64,000 bases of DNA from Bugula neritina (lineage: Eukaryota > Animalia > Bryozoa), in assembly GCA_964035545.1 (NCBI GenBank), contig OZ037767.1, forward strand, positions 8,690,581 to 8,754,580, in the 5' to 3' direction. Positions 13,175 to 27,800 of this stretch are shown here, piece after piece. The translations under genes were made by a program, and so were the position numbers. The first letter of the stretch is position 1, and each line of letters begins with the position of its first letter. The notes beneath the pieces are model-generated. The model did not search any database, was not told the DNA's origin, and was given only the letters and a program-made list of their open reading frames with translations.

Positions 13175-14871
13175 AGCTAAAACTTCTAATACTGGTCATG
13201 ACATTTCGCTGCCAATATGCTGCCAGTGATTAATTCTCTAATAAATCTATAAATTCTGTGAATTGCTGCAAAATAGATCCCTTGTAATTTTATGGTTAGA
13301 TAACATCTCTACCAAGAATGCTATGACAATGAAGTAACTGGGTATGGTTTGAACATTATGTGGCAGGTCACTCAGAATATACACCTTCAAGGTTTATTGC
13401 CTTTTTATTACAACTCTGTGTTTTCCATTACAGTTCTCTTTTTTCTCTCCAACTGTGGTTTATCACTTGTTTTATAGCTGTGTATGTTATTTCCTTTGCC
13501 TTGAAAATAAATAAAAGTTAACCTAAATAATGAAGTGGAATTTTCCTCAGCAAATGTTTAAATGGTTTTAACATATAACCTGCTCCTTTTGGTGGTTTAA
13601 TAGTGATCTGAAAGCACTTTGTGGCCATACCTTATACTGGCAATAATGGCTTTGGTAAATATAAATTTCTCTTGCCAGTTTTAAAACTGCATAATTTTTG
13701 TTCATCAACAAGTTTTAATTAAATTAAATTCTGAACTGCCTAAATCAAATAAAAGATGGTTTTCTGTGATTTTCAAATTTCAAGTCATTGTCAGCATATT
13801 ATTTAACATATAGCACTGTCACCTTAGTGAGAAATTTATTTTTTTGTAATGTTGAGTAGGATTTCTTTATGTAAGGTGACAGAAATAGATGTGCTGCAGA
13901 ATGCAATACTTGCTATAGTCATCTATGGAGCATCTCTCAACTTTATTCATTTACCACATTTAATAACATTCTGTTTAGAGCAAGGAAGGGAAACTACTTC
14001 TATGTACTGATAATTTTCTGCTTCTAATGAATAAGTTATATGTAATGACATGCATAAATATTATGTATATAATTATAATGATATTATTTAGATGATCATC
14101 ATAAACTACTGGTGTCATTAAGTTAGTCTAAGTTTAAACACTAGTGAACGCATATAATTAATTTTACAGCTAATCAACATAAACATTCATATTATTTATG
14201 ATATTATACACATCACTCATTACTACATTAGACTAAGTTGAAGGAGTATGAAAGTAAGTTAAACACAAAACAGAACAAAACAAGAATAAAAATTGGCTGA
14301 AAAGCACCCCTTGATGTGGCTGTAACAAAGCCTGAGGATTTTTTGCCTGCACAGTTCATCTCAAAACATGATATTATCGAGAGCATTTTGATGAGCAATG
14401 TGTTGAGAATCATTATATCAATTAGATTGCAACATTACTTTCTCTTTGTGTTGTAAGTTTAATAGTTCAACAAACCCTTGAGTAAAGCTGAATACTATAG
14501 TGGGTATTCACTCATAGCTGCACAAACATAGAGCCAACTTTCCTGCGACTGATTCACCTCTGTACAGCTTATGTTCAGTCATATTTTGGCATTTCAGTGC
14601 ATCTCCCTTCAAGTATCTGAATAGGAACATTATCTAGCGGCTCTCAAGTCTTTAATGACTATTATTAGGCCTATTAATTGACAATTAGTAAGTGCAAGCT
14701 GCTTTTTCAACTTTACACATCAATATGCTGATGTTTTTATAGTGGTTAGGAGCATACCCACATGAAAATGTCACAACATCAAATGCCCAAGTTCAACATT
14801 GCTATTATACTGTATTTACACATTTGATTTTTCATGTTGTTTTGGTTAGAGATGATACACAGCTTTTGGGG

Positions 14872-14910
14872 CAGCAACAGCAACAACAGCAACAGCAACA
14901 GCAGCAGCAA
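14872..14910 (+). repeat. Mixed CAG/CAA triplet tract (13 Gln codons), possibly within a coding exon
   Basis: CAA and CAG alternate in one frame, just downstream of an AG acceptor at 14848-14849. Confidence 0.6.
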
Positions 14911-17900
14911 GGAGAAGAGTGGCCGGTGAGAAGAGGATTTTCCAGCTATGGTTTAGATCCGAGTAGTGGTAAAACTCCAAGTTATAGGTTTGAGAAACTG
15001 AGTTCGAATCGAAACCAAATTAGGATCTAAAATTTATGACTACACTCCATGTCTGTCAAATTTCTTACTTATTAGATTTTTAATTGAATCTTTGAGTTAA
15101 AAATATGATTAAAGTGCACTTTAAGTACCTAATGAAATACCCTGTACATTTTACAACATTATGCCAATGTGTTTGTAACTTACACTGCATGAACTGATTG
15201 GTTGAGATTTTGTACTCGGCAGTATTGTACTTTAGAGTTTCAGTGTATCTTGGTAGCCTGTTGGAGCTATTTTAGTAATTATCCCCCTACAGTACAGTTT
15301 TCAGTACAGTGCAAAGCAACTCAACACAATATAAGATAAAATACAACATAACTCAGCACACCACAACACAGCATAACACAATACAACATTACACAATACG
15401 ACAGAATACAATAGAATACAATACCACACAGTGTTTAGTCTAAAACAGTGGCACCTGCCTATAGCGCAGTACACCTACAGTATACCTAAAGCACACACAT
15501 ACAGAGATGCAAAACCTTTATTGAGCTCCAGTGTCTCACCTAGTTATTTGAGTTAGATGTTGAATATAAACACCATGCTTGGCGTAATGGGCAGACGACT
15601 CTGCTGCTATAAATATCCTCAGAACCAGGACTTGATCAGAATATTGATTTCTAGGTTTCATTTTTAAATAGGGTTTTCGTTTTTCTTCAACTTTTATGTA
15701 AATTTCAAAACTGTATCAGATGTCGATACAAAAACAGATGACTTTTTTGATGACTGCTTTTGTATGTTTGGGAAGGAGTTTATAATTAGTTAACTGCTAA
15801 CCCCAGTTGGCGGTGCATTCCCCCATCTTGTACTTCTATACACTCCTGCCACACATTATAGACTAGCTTCTGTTTGTTTTCCATCTCTTTCCTGTTGTTT
15901 CTGGACAACAGCTATCCATTCATCACAAAGATTTCATCATTTCATGTTCAGATGATTACGGCAGTTACTCTTTAAATGCATATTATTCTGTTGGCATACA
16001 CAGCTGTGTGTTATAGACCATATATGTTATTATTCTAGCAAGTCTAGAGTCATAATATATGGCAGTTTTTCTTTAAAATATAATACTTTTCTTATTGTAT
16101 TACCATTATATTTCTTTGTTTAGTTAGTAATATCTCAAATACAACAAAAGAATGCTTTGTTACTCTTCAGTTGTACTAAATTTGTTGTTTTTCTAGAATT
16201 ATCCATGACTTTTGTTTAGATCAGAGTACTGTCAATGAGATATTTGACATGAACTACAGATAAAACCAAACCTTATTATAATATTAATAGAGCAGAACAA
16301 AAGCAACACATGGTTTTGCTACATTATAATCTAATTATTCATTCATGTTATTAAAGGTTCTGCCCAACAAACTATTATCTCAGCCAAGTTACTCATCACG
16401 TAAACAAAAGATCTTTTTGTTGATCTGTCTACACAAAAGGACAAAAAAAATTTCCTAGCAGCAGTTTTACTTTTATATTTTGGTGATTTTGGCAATTGAA
16501 ACTGCTGGTTGCAATGAGATTCACTCAGGTAGATGAGATTTCTTATTGGAGTCTTGTAGCTCTGATATTAGTAGAAAATAAACTTTTTGTGGTTGCATGT
16601 TTAACCCACAGATATGAATAAGTTTTATGAAGTGTGGGAACCAAACTTTCATCATCTTAACTAATTTTTGACTTAGTGGCTTAATTTGAAGCTTGTGTTG
16701 TATTTCAGAGATAGGAAGGTGGTTTGAAAGGTTGGGTTAGAATTTTAGCTTCTAGCGGTAGCTAATTAAACTTACGCTAAATTATCCAGACTTATATAAA
16801 CTAACCAGACTTACTCCAGACTTACTATAAACTATCGAGAAATGACTCAATGAATCATCAGAAAATCTCATCATTAGAAATACCTCATTTATCTAAAATC
16901 GTAATAAAAGAAGAAATTTAAAATGCTAAAGATAAACACATTGATTAATTTGCATAGCCATTTGTGATTTTCAAGCGATTTCTGGTTTGTGATTCGTGCT
17001 GGAAGTAGCTTGAAATCTATATTAAGATCATAATTGTGATATAGCACTATAGAGTACCTTTCATCCCTAACATCATAGCTACTTGGAGGTTACCGTATTC
17101 ATAAAACTAGACTATTTTAATGTAAGTTGACAGTAATTACAGCAAATTATCAGTAAATTAATAGACTGTGGTCTTTAACATAGCTGACAACTCGCTATGT
17201 TAATAGCAATGAATATTTCTTTGCATAATAATAACTGGTACTAATACTATTATATGGTGCTAATAGTTGCATAAGGAGTACAATAAAATAAGAAAACATG
17301 TTATGATAAACAATATCAGCAAATCTCTTAGTTCAGCTTCTGGTTCAAGCTTATCCTTCATTACAATGCAAAGAGTGCAATAATTATTTGTGCATACTTT
17401 TGAGAATTGAATTCAACTTCGTTAGAAATTTAATTTGGTTATTAAGACAAATCTATTTTTAGCGATTGTGTTACATAAAACAGCTCAACAATGGTTCCTG
17501 CCAACAGTACATATTTACCATCAGCAACAGTATAGGGGCTCTATGATAATTTTGTTTATAAACTTGATGAATAAACAATAACACTGCTAAATTAATTTAA
17601 CTGATTACACTGTTTGGTGGTTGGCCTGCTGTGAAGGTGAACCAAACATGTGTTAATATTACTCTGGCAGTAGAAGCTGACATGTAAACTAGAGATGTTT
17701 TGATCTGATGGCCATAATATAGACAGCTAAGCTGAAAGTGTCATACTACTCAAATTAGGCTATTCAGCAGTTCTTCTCACGGATGCTGTCTCAACATTAC
17801 ATAACGGCAGCACTTTAATGAACAACAGCCTATTTTATTACATGAAAAATTTAATTTGTGAGGTTGTGTGGTATAGCCATAGCACATAATGATTATATAG

Positions 17901-20900
17901 TAGAAGTTTCATTTCAAGTCTATGGATTTGATTAAAGTAGTTAACCTGTAACTGCTGCACGTAAAGCTATAACTATGATGACTCTATGATGTACTAGTAG
18001 ACAGCCACCTACCACATGGAGAGTGTCGATTTCTCAGATTCTTGCCTCAAATACTTCATACAACCAGCGAGTGTTCTACAATACAGTGTCTCTGTTCCGA
18101 TACATCTTATCTCATTTACGAGATATCACTTTATCAATCAGTGTTTTCCAAATCAGATTTGTGATAATAAGTCACCTTGAATCGCTAATTACAACTAGAT
18201 TTTGTCAGTCAAGGATATCCAGCCTTTTCAAAGCGAGGGGACTGAAAGGGAATATTATGCATGGTGCTGAGGGCCACATTGTAAAATTTAGCTTGAGCTG
18301 AGGGCCACAACATCCGGATTTTTCAAATTACTTTATTCCAAATTTCTATGAATTAATACACAGTCAAGTATCCCAACTGCAGGCTGCCTGTTTTTATAGC
18401 ATGTATATAGTTAGGGCATTAAAAGGGTGGTTTTTCCTGTTGTAATTTATACAAGTGTGTAAAATAACTTTATTTGTTATGCTTTAGAGGGCGACATAAA
18501 TGTGTGACAGCCCCATTCTAAGCATGCAGATACTCTTCCTGACATTCACCTATAGCAAGGACTTATAATTACATACTTCAACTGTTGGCTAGCTGCTTTC
18601 TACTAAAACAGCAGAGTGGTTCTGGTTATGACATTCTAGTGTAATCTTATAGTGCCTTCTAATCTCCAATCAAATCAACACCTCCAAATTTTGTTCAAAG
18701 TGAATTCTGATTGTCTATTTAAACTACAAAGTTAATAGCATATTTTATGGTCATTAAGCCTCAAACACAAAACTTATGGCTTATAATATAGGCAAGAAAA
18801 ATATTATTACACAGTAGACTATATATAAACTATAAAACACTATAAATGTGACTATTAAATTGATGAATAGTTGATAATATATTGAAAAATCCACTGGTAG
18901 CTTATGGGGCATCATTTATTTAGGTTGAAAAGAAGATTTGGTACTAAAGGATTCTGTAGGTTATTGGTTATTCAAATACAGATTTGTTGGCATAAAAAGA
19001 GCACAAAAAACACATCTGCACTACACACTAAGATCAGGAGACTGGGTTTGCGTGATGTTATCTAACGAATACATCTGGTTTAGAGAAAACCCATCAGATA
19101 TACTGGCAGTTGAAGTTGGAGCCCAAACAGTACCTTATGTCAGTGTCAGAGTTGTGTCTCCTTGAACCATGTAGCTTCTTTCTCAGCCTTCTGTCTACAA
19201 TCTACATGGATATAGTATTACTCTATATAATTATACACTGTGCTTGCTAATTCTTCAGTATCAGCAAAATATTCACCAAAATATAAATCCTGAGCACAGC
19301 AAGTAGTTTAAATGTTCAGTCAGTTACTGTGTTACACTTTTCAAGCTTATTTTGTGTAAAAATCAATTTATTTTAATTTATATTATTTTATAGTTATGAA
19401 TTTGTTCCTAGAATAACCAACAATCAGCCATGATCTAAACCAAATAAGAGATTCAAAGTTCAACACTTATCAAGATGAGTTGTCGAGGAACTCGAATGAT
19501 CCACTTATTAAAAGAAGACTAGTTATGCTGAAGGCTAGAGTAACACTATATAATAATGCAACGCAATGTAGAGCGAAAATCTGATATGATCAACTTATAA
19601 GTATACAATGTTGTGCAAATCATGGAAACTATTTACAGTAAATGGATCAGTTAGTTTTTTAACTGCATTAGTTCTGGAAGCATAAGATAAGTAACTAATC
19701 TATAAGTTGCAATAAAATATAACAATAATTCATTTTTATGTTTATCCCATAATAAAAGTAATGTGTTTAGAAAGATTGTGCAATCCAACTCGCCTCACGG
19801 TGCTTACAAAAAAGACAACTCCAAAGTGAAAAATAAATTATTGAAAATTAATTTAATTGGCTCACATTATATAATTGTTTACCAGCACAATTGCCTATTA
19901 TTGTGATATGACCACACTTGTTATAATTAGTTTATAGAATATGGGGAGATGGTTAATCATTAATATGGGCTCATATCTGTACTGAGTGATTACTATCGGA
20001 ACCTGCATGACAAATATGGTCACCTTTAAGTATAATCATAGTAGTTCCAGCGATTCTCCTCATTCCATAATTTTAAAAATTAAAGTTAAAATATTTTTGA
20101 AGTGATCAGTCTAAAACCAATGTAGGAAAGTTAGAAAGTGTCAAGATAAACCCTTCAGTTGAACTGTGTCAGTAAAAATGACCTACTAGGTAGTGAGGAA
20201 GTACGATGACTTTATGTACTACTTTATTACACAAAGGAAATTTCTAAACATTATTTCATAAACTTCCTACTTGATTTGTGAGCTCTAAGCCATATATAAC
20301 CTGTGAATAACACAATCAAGACATAGTCACAACATTATCGAAATCACAACACTGCACAATCACAGCCCTGTCATTATCATTATTCTGTCACAATCATAGC
20401 ACTGTCTCCTTCACAACCTGGTCACAATCAAACTCACAATCACAGTACAGTTACAATCACAGGGGTAACCTAAGGAATATATTTTTAATAGCTTTAAGTT
20501 TAGAGGTTGCAATGTTAATATCAAATATTGCATTATAATATTGTTACAGCATATTATAAAGGGAAACATGATAGCTGTCTGTGTGATTGGAAATGCTTTA
20601 TTAGATTATCTAAGCACAAGTAATAGTGAAACCGTGAGCCTTCCACCTTTATTTCATGCAGTCTGAGCTATTAACATGTCCTTCAGGTTCATTTAAAATT
20701 GACAATCTACATATACATTGCCAGGGGAGTAGAGCTATGAAAATTGATGAATTGATTATATCACTTTCAGAGATTCACTCTATTCATAGCATGCCTCATG
20801 TATTTAGTGTCAGCATAAATTAGGTCCCAGGCATGGTAATTGAAGACTGACTACCTCCCCTGCATTAGCTATAGCCATTGCTACATGCATAATGATTTAC

Positions 20901-23900
20901 CTAAAAGATGTTTCTACTAAAGTTGATGTTGGAATGTATTACCACAATGTATGGACTATGCTGATTTTTCTTCAAATGAGATGGATATTATGCAGCTAAA
21001 GAAAAGAAACTCTGGGTCGATATCTTACAGGAGCAGTTTTAGACATTCCCTTGCTTTTAATGCAACATGTCTTTTAGTTGATCGGTCAACCAATCAATGA
21101 AATATAAAAGATTTAGAAACCAGTTAGGTTTAGCAGTCAGAAACTGCTAGAAGCAGCACGTACCAAGTTGGGTGTGATTGAGTGCAGTATTTGTATACAC
21201 CTCCAACCTCAAACTTGAGACTCCATGACCACTTCACCCAGTCATTATCCTTAACTCTGTGCTCCTTAAAGCTAGTACTTTAGAAGTAAGCCATTCCATG
21301 CGACTACCTGGAGGCTAAGATAGCCTCAGAGTTTAGACAACTACAAATAGAAAGTGGTTGACAATAAAATCACAGATCTCACATAGCAATGCCATATATA
21401 ATATTTGAGTTATTAGGCTGTACTAAATCTATCATATTAACACATTACCTCCATTTACCTAAGGTAGTGCAATAACACATTACTTTCATTCTGTCATTAC
21501 TGCAGTTAGTTATCAGTGTTGACAGTAAATTATATTTTTATGGTTTTTCACTACAAGATATGCAAATGTAATAAAATTTGGTAGATGAATATTGAGTCAT
21601 GATTTATTAAATATTGATGTATTTGCGAATGCCTCTATCTACTGTTAATCTACTCTCCATACTCCAGGTTTAATTACCTGCCCTCAATTCTGGCACCAGA
21701 TCAAACTCACTTCTTTGTCAACCTATCAACCAGCATACAAACTAGAAGAAATGAATAAACAGTAACTGCAGCTGTTGTATGACAGTCTGACAATCATGAT
21801 GGTATGATGATATTATTTGTAAACTTGGCAGTTTGGGTGTTGCTTTATGATTTGGAGTGCTAGCAAGTCATCAGGCTTTGAGAGAGTTAGCCAGACTCAG
21901 GAAACTGAGTATAATATCAATGGTAGTCAGCATTTAGCCTAGGTTCTGTTTGTAGGATTCTAAGTGTGCGGCTGTTGCTACTCCACCCTTACCAGAAACA
22001 GTTCAGTCTACAAATTAACTAAAAACTAAAAATAACACGTTGAGGTATTTTACTATGAAATATGTTAATCTAGTTGCATTGGCACAGGTTTACGGTGTGA
22101 TCTTATTTACTCTCTTATCTAAATATTTTTCAACTTCTCTAGTTAGTAGACAATAATAATGATTCAAACAGAGTATTTCTAGAAGTTATCTTATCTAGGC
22201 ATCACCAGCTGGTGTTTTCCCACAACAGCAACTCTTAAATGAGTATTGTTAATACACTTCAAGTATAAATCAACCTGAATGTACAAAATAGCACAAAGTC
22301 AAAACAACAACCAGTGTGGAGATTATTTGAGGTTGAATTCTGAATGTACTTTTAATCATTAATTTGGCCAAAATGTCAATACACTTAAGGACAGATTGCT
22401 AGTTTCCAAGGCTTTGTATGAACAAGTGCATGTATATGACTGCAAACGCTGGTTTTATTTTCTAGAAAATTCCATATACATCTGATTTACAAACCAAAAT
22501 ATGATTCCTAAAAGCAATAAATTGTAATCCAGTCTTCTGAGCCTCTCTCTCACTCACCGAGTCTCCGCTTGTTTATATAACTATGAAACATGTTAGTATT
22601 ATTTTATCATTTTTAAGTGTGCGCCATTAAAAGGCTGAGTTGACAATTGAATATTGTAATTCAAGTCTTGTAGTTGTTTGCCCTTGAATCAAACTTTGAC
22701 CTGCTGTCTGTTGCAGAGATATAAATTTTGCTCAGTTTGGATTTTTTGTCGTTTTGGTGCAACATTTGGGTTTGGCAAGTGATTTCATTGTCGAACAATT
22801 TCTCATGGTACAAAGTTCCACTATTTATAACAAGTTTTAGAAAAACTGCTATTCTACACCTGCACTTAAGCTTTCAGTCTACCATAAGCATACCTTTCAA
22901 ACATACTAAGTAAAATAGAAAAAAATGTAACATGTAATTGATTATCAACCGCAAAATACATTTTTATTAAATGTCATACCCTCAGCCTACAGGCAACAAT
23001 AGTAACCAACATTTACTTATAATAACCGAGTATAGAGGTAAGTGAGACAGTTTTCTAAAAATATACTCTTTGCTAGCTTTAAGCAGGTGCCTGAACTCTA
23101 GATAATTGTTCTTCATATTTATGTACATACTAATATGTTGACAAAGGTGACAGACTATTAATATATCATGAAAACATATAATAAATAGCTTAAGCAGAGT
23201 GATTTTTTGTTGGATATCTCATAAATGAGTGCAGAGAACAGCTTCTATCCCCTCTACATGGTTAGTTTGGTGCAGAATTGTTATAAAGTGCCATTTGCCA
23301 GGAATTGATAGATCACCCTTCAGCCACTGCCAAGCTATTAATAAATTAAAGACCATTTATAAATCTTAGCATAATATTTAATATACTGTTTATAAGCTCA
23401 AACATTATGCCTTACTGCCTTACTAAATTATATTCAATTGTATTCTATTTAGTAGGTAACTTTACATAAATACTGAATAATAAATTGGCAGTTATTAAAT
23501 GCTTTTATTGCAGGTAGAGAGAGACACATAGGCAGGTAGAATACTTGCGTGTGGCCTAGGACTAGGTGCAGCTGGTACATATTAAGTATGTATAAATAAC
23601 TGGAAGTGTTGTTGGATTACAAAGTGTAGATTTATTAATTTCAACTGTGAGTAAAGACTGTGGATGTTAATAATCTCTCTATCAATAGACAACCAACGAC
23701 ACACAAAGTTATGTATACCAGGTTGTTGGTTTAGCTATAAAATATGTTGTTATATATAAGCTATTGTATAACATTTCTTATAGCTAGCTTACATCAGCAT
23801 ACATGTGAAAACATGGGAAATACTACAATGACTATGAGATGGTGTATTTTGTGAATATAAGGAGATGCCAAGTGCCTGCTAACAAAGTCTTGTCATGACT

Positions 23901-24525
23901 GTTAGCATAAATTCACACATTTCACCTGCATTGTCAAAACAGATGGATAAGCATTGATTTTTTTAAAATAAGAAAGGAAGTGCTAATCACCCGCAGCTTT
24001 TAGATTAACTTTATATCTCGGCTAAGTTTTAGTTATATTTAAAAGTTGACAAAGAAATGTTTTTTAATGCTAATTTTAATTTGTTTCTTTGAGAGACATG
24101 ACAAATAAGGCAAATATTTCCTGATTCTAAGGGTACTATAAGATATGGTTAAAAAGCTAAAGTACTTGGCTACAGTTAATGAAATCTAAATTTCAAAAGT
24201 ATTTATAAAAAATAATCAGTACTGTCAATTTAAAGCAATAATTTATACATTAAATTTTTCAGCTACAAAAAGAATAGCGCCTTTTGATTGTCCAAGTATG
24301 AAATCTCAGGTAGACAACTCCAAAATGCAAGACTAGTGAATGAAAAATGACTTGCAATATTTGATAGATTAAAGTATTTTTATTTTAAGTATGTAATCTT
24401 ATAGATTCAGATTTGGGCATACAAATTTAGATTCTGCATTGGGTTGCTTTTGTTGCACACAATGTGTATAACAGTGTTTATAACTTGTTACATTGAAAAT
24501 TATTAACCTTGTGAACAAACACAAA

Positions 24526-24878
<353 letters not shown>

Positions 24879-27800
24879 CGTACGAAATAATACCAAATTG
24901 TCTGCAGAATCGCAAATTCCTCCCTTTGGTAAAAGTGTGGGGTTTGGGGGGGGGGTACGGCTAGAAGACTGCTGTATTCGGATGGGAAGACAAATTAATG
25001 TTGAAGCAGTTCTAAGGCTTAAGTAAGAGAGGTAATCCATATATTGTATTCCATGTTATTTAACAGACATTGCCATCATATGGACAATGCTGTTTTAAGT
25101 TTTAGTGAGATATTACTTTGATCATCAAATTTAAAATCGTGCAAGCAGCAAATAAGAGTTAATTCAAGGAGCCTCTGCCATATCTGCAAGTAGAAGACAT
25201 ACAAGCATATAGCTACATCCGCTATCACTCCCATAGTTTGTACAGATAACAAAGAGTCAGGTGTCTCCCTTTCCTTGTGTTTATTTGATCTCTTCATTTC
25301 CCCATCATTGAGGACTAGGCATTCTCTAGCTGTATATATTGTGGACTTCATTGGCTGGCTGTCAAGTTTATGAGATGAGAAAGGCAGGTTGGTTGCCACG
25401 CAAAGTCTACCTGGTACTTTACAATGTCACCTTGCAACATCAAGCAGTTATTGATGGCTACTACAGAGTTGAGAGGCAAAAACTTGGCTGCTAAAATATT
25501 TTCTATTTGTTAATATATCACATCATTAAACACGCATTTCCTGGAAGCTGTAATGGCCAGGCAAGACTTATAACTTTCAAATCGTATTCTGTGAAGTCGA
25601 TGCAATAAAATGGCGAATTATTATAGGCATTAGATAATAGATGTGCATGCATAGGGGTAATAAAGGAGGTGGAGTAATTACATAATTACAGTTGTGCATA
25701 CATTTTCACATATATGAAAAATAACTAGCAATTTTTAGTTGTAAATGGGTTAGATGGAAATAAACTAAAAGGCAATAGAGGAAATGAAATACTGCATTCG
25801 CAACATTGAATCAACATTGAATCAACATTGAAGTCAACTACGTCATAATAATAGTCTAAAGCTTCTATTTATATTTTGAGATTTAATACTTGATTACATA
25901 TCTCCCCCATCTAAATAGCTACCTTGTATATAGACTCTTAGTTCGCCAGTTCAGCTTTTTCTAGTAAAATAGTGCCAAAGGTTAATTTATGTCTGCTTTT
26001 ATGTACAGCATTTCCTAAAACTTTATACATGTGTTGATAACTTACAAGTTACTAGCTAAATAAATGGCATCTGCAAAATTTTTATTGTTTCATCAGCATA
26101 TGCAATCACCCAGAACAGTGGTAGGTGGTCAAGAATGTGTACAAAGCAATATATCTTCAGTTATGAAATATTCTTTTACACTTCATGCTGGTGGCACACC
26201 AACCCTGACATTTTCATTCAAACTCATTGATTTTCTTTAGAATAGTCTGATGTTTGACTCCAAACACATGGTGCATAATTAGCATGCGGTGAAACAGCTT
26301 GCTTGAATTTGCCGCCTTGCCATCCTAGTGGGAATACAAACCGTATTCATAATTAATTTTCACAACTCTGAACAATGAATAGATAAATGTGTGATCTCAG
26401 GTATGGGGAGACAACTGAAATTAAAGCGCATGTTTGTTTACTTGTTTACTGCCATAAACATCTGCCCTTTTGGCATGCTTGACTAAATAGCCTTAAATCT
26501 ATCAAATTACAATCCCAACACAATAAAACCTCTGTAAGCACACGTAATAGAATCAGATCCACTTGATAGTTGTTTCACAGTTTGGGCTATTGCAGTTACA
26601 AGCAATAATTGGGCTGTTGCATCATTATATTATTTGTGTTATTTCCATCTGGCATTCCTTTGTTGTGGTGATAGCAAGTCATCATCAATCTAAAGTCATG
26701 TTATTAATTGGTAAACTTTAAAGTGCCTACATCTGGAGAATGAATGAACCCTCTTAATAACATGTTAATAATATCTTTTAATTACTCATTACCCTATATA
26801 TATAACTCAACAGTTGAACATAAAGCAACATAGTTGATACGCAGTCCCAACCAACTCTTATGCAAAATACTAGCTTAAGCAATTATAACCGTAAATATGT
26901 ATTGCTTTTGAGGTTCCCATTGCAATATAAACTGTGCAACGTCGTCGGACAGTTTTATGACAATGCTGAAATTTATTGAAGCTTTTAGAATATTGCTGCA
27001 TCATCCCAACTTAGCACGAACTTGTAATTAAATGAGGAACATTACAATCCCAGGGTTGCCATCAACTGAGATGGTAGTGATTGCTTGGCCACTTGCCAAT
27101 TTTGTTTGACCAAAACCTAAGTAGAGCCACGCAGTACCACGATATTGTGCTGTTTACAACATGCAACCTGGTACCTTCGAAGTATAATTGGTCTAATAAC
27201 TACTTAGATGCAATGTAAATGACACTATTGTTGGTGTGAAAGAAGAGAAAAGTGTGTGTACACTTGAAATTATTTGTGTTTGCTTTGATGAAATCTTTCT
27301 GAATACCGATTGTTATAAATGGCGCCATAACATGCAGAAAAGTTATTACAGTTTAAATTAATAATTGCTAATGTGTTAACTAGGTATTTGCTGATCCAAG
27401 GCTCCTGTTAGAATGTGTGTGATTGCTGAACAGCTTATATCTACACAAAGTAGCTAGACAACGGGATGAAGCCAAATAAAGCAAGGAACCAAGTAAAAGC
27501 ACAGCCACTGCTTTCTTGACTTTTTCAAATTGCTGTGAAATTTGTTTTGGCTGCTGGTAGGCATTACGCAATCCAACCTTCATACTGGTTATAATGCTCT
27601 TCTGCATTACATGATGCTTATTCATATAATATGATTTGCAGCCTGCTGTCTTGCCATGCTCTTTGCAATTCAACGTGCACATTATAAGAATAATAAGAGT
27701 TATCTTTCCACAAAAGCATTTTCACGAATGCAACCAGATATTGTAGAAGGAAAGAAAGTAAAATCTCCAAAAAATTTCAAATTGAAGAAGTTGCATTTTT

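Noticed and set aside
21190-21270. Minus-strand HRVKDNDWVK...FEVGG resembling an RTE-type LINE C-terminus
   Set aside because: Too short and degenerate to call.
27380-27682. Cys/His-containing 100-aa minus ORF suggestive of a BED finger
   Set aside because: Cys/His spacing is not convincing and there is no supporting transposase sequence nearby.
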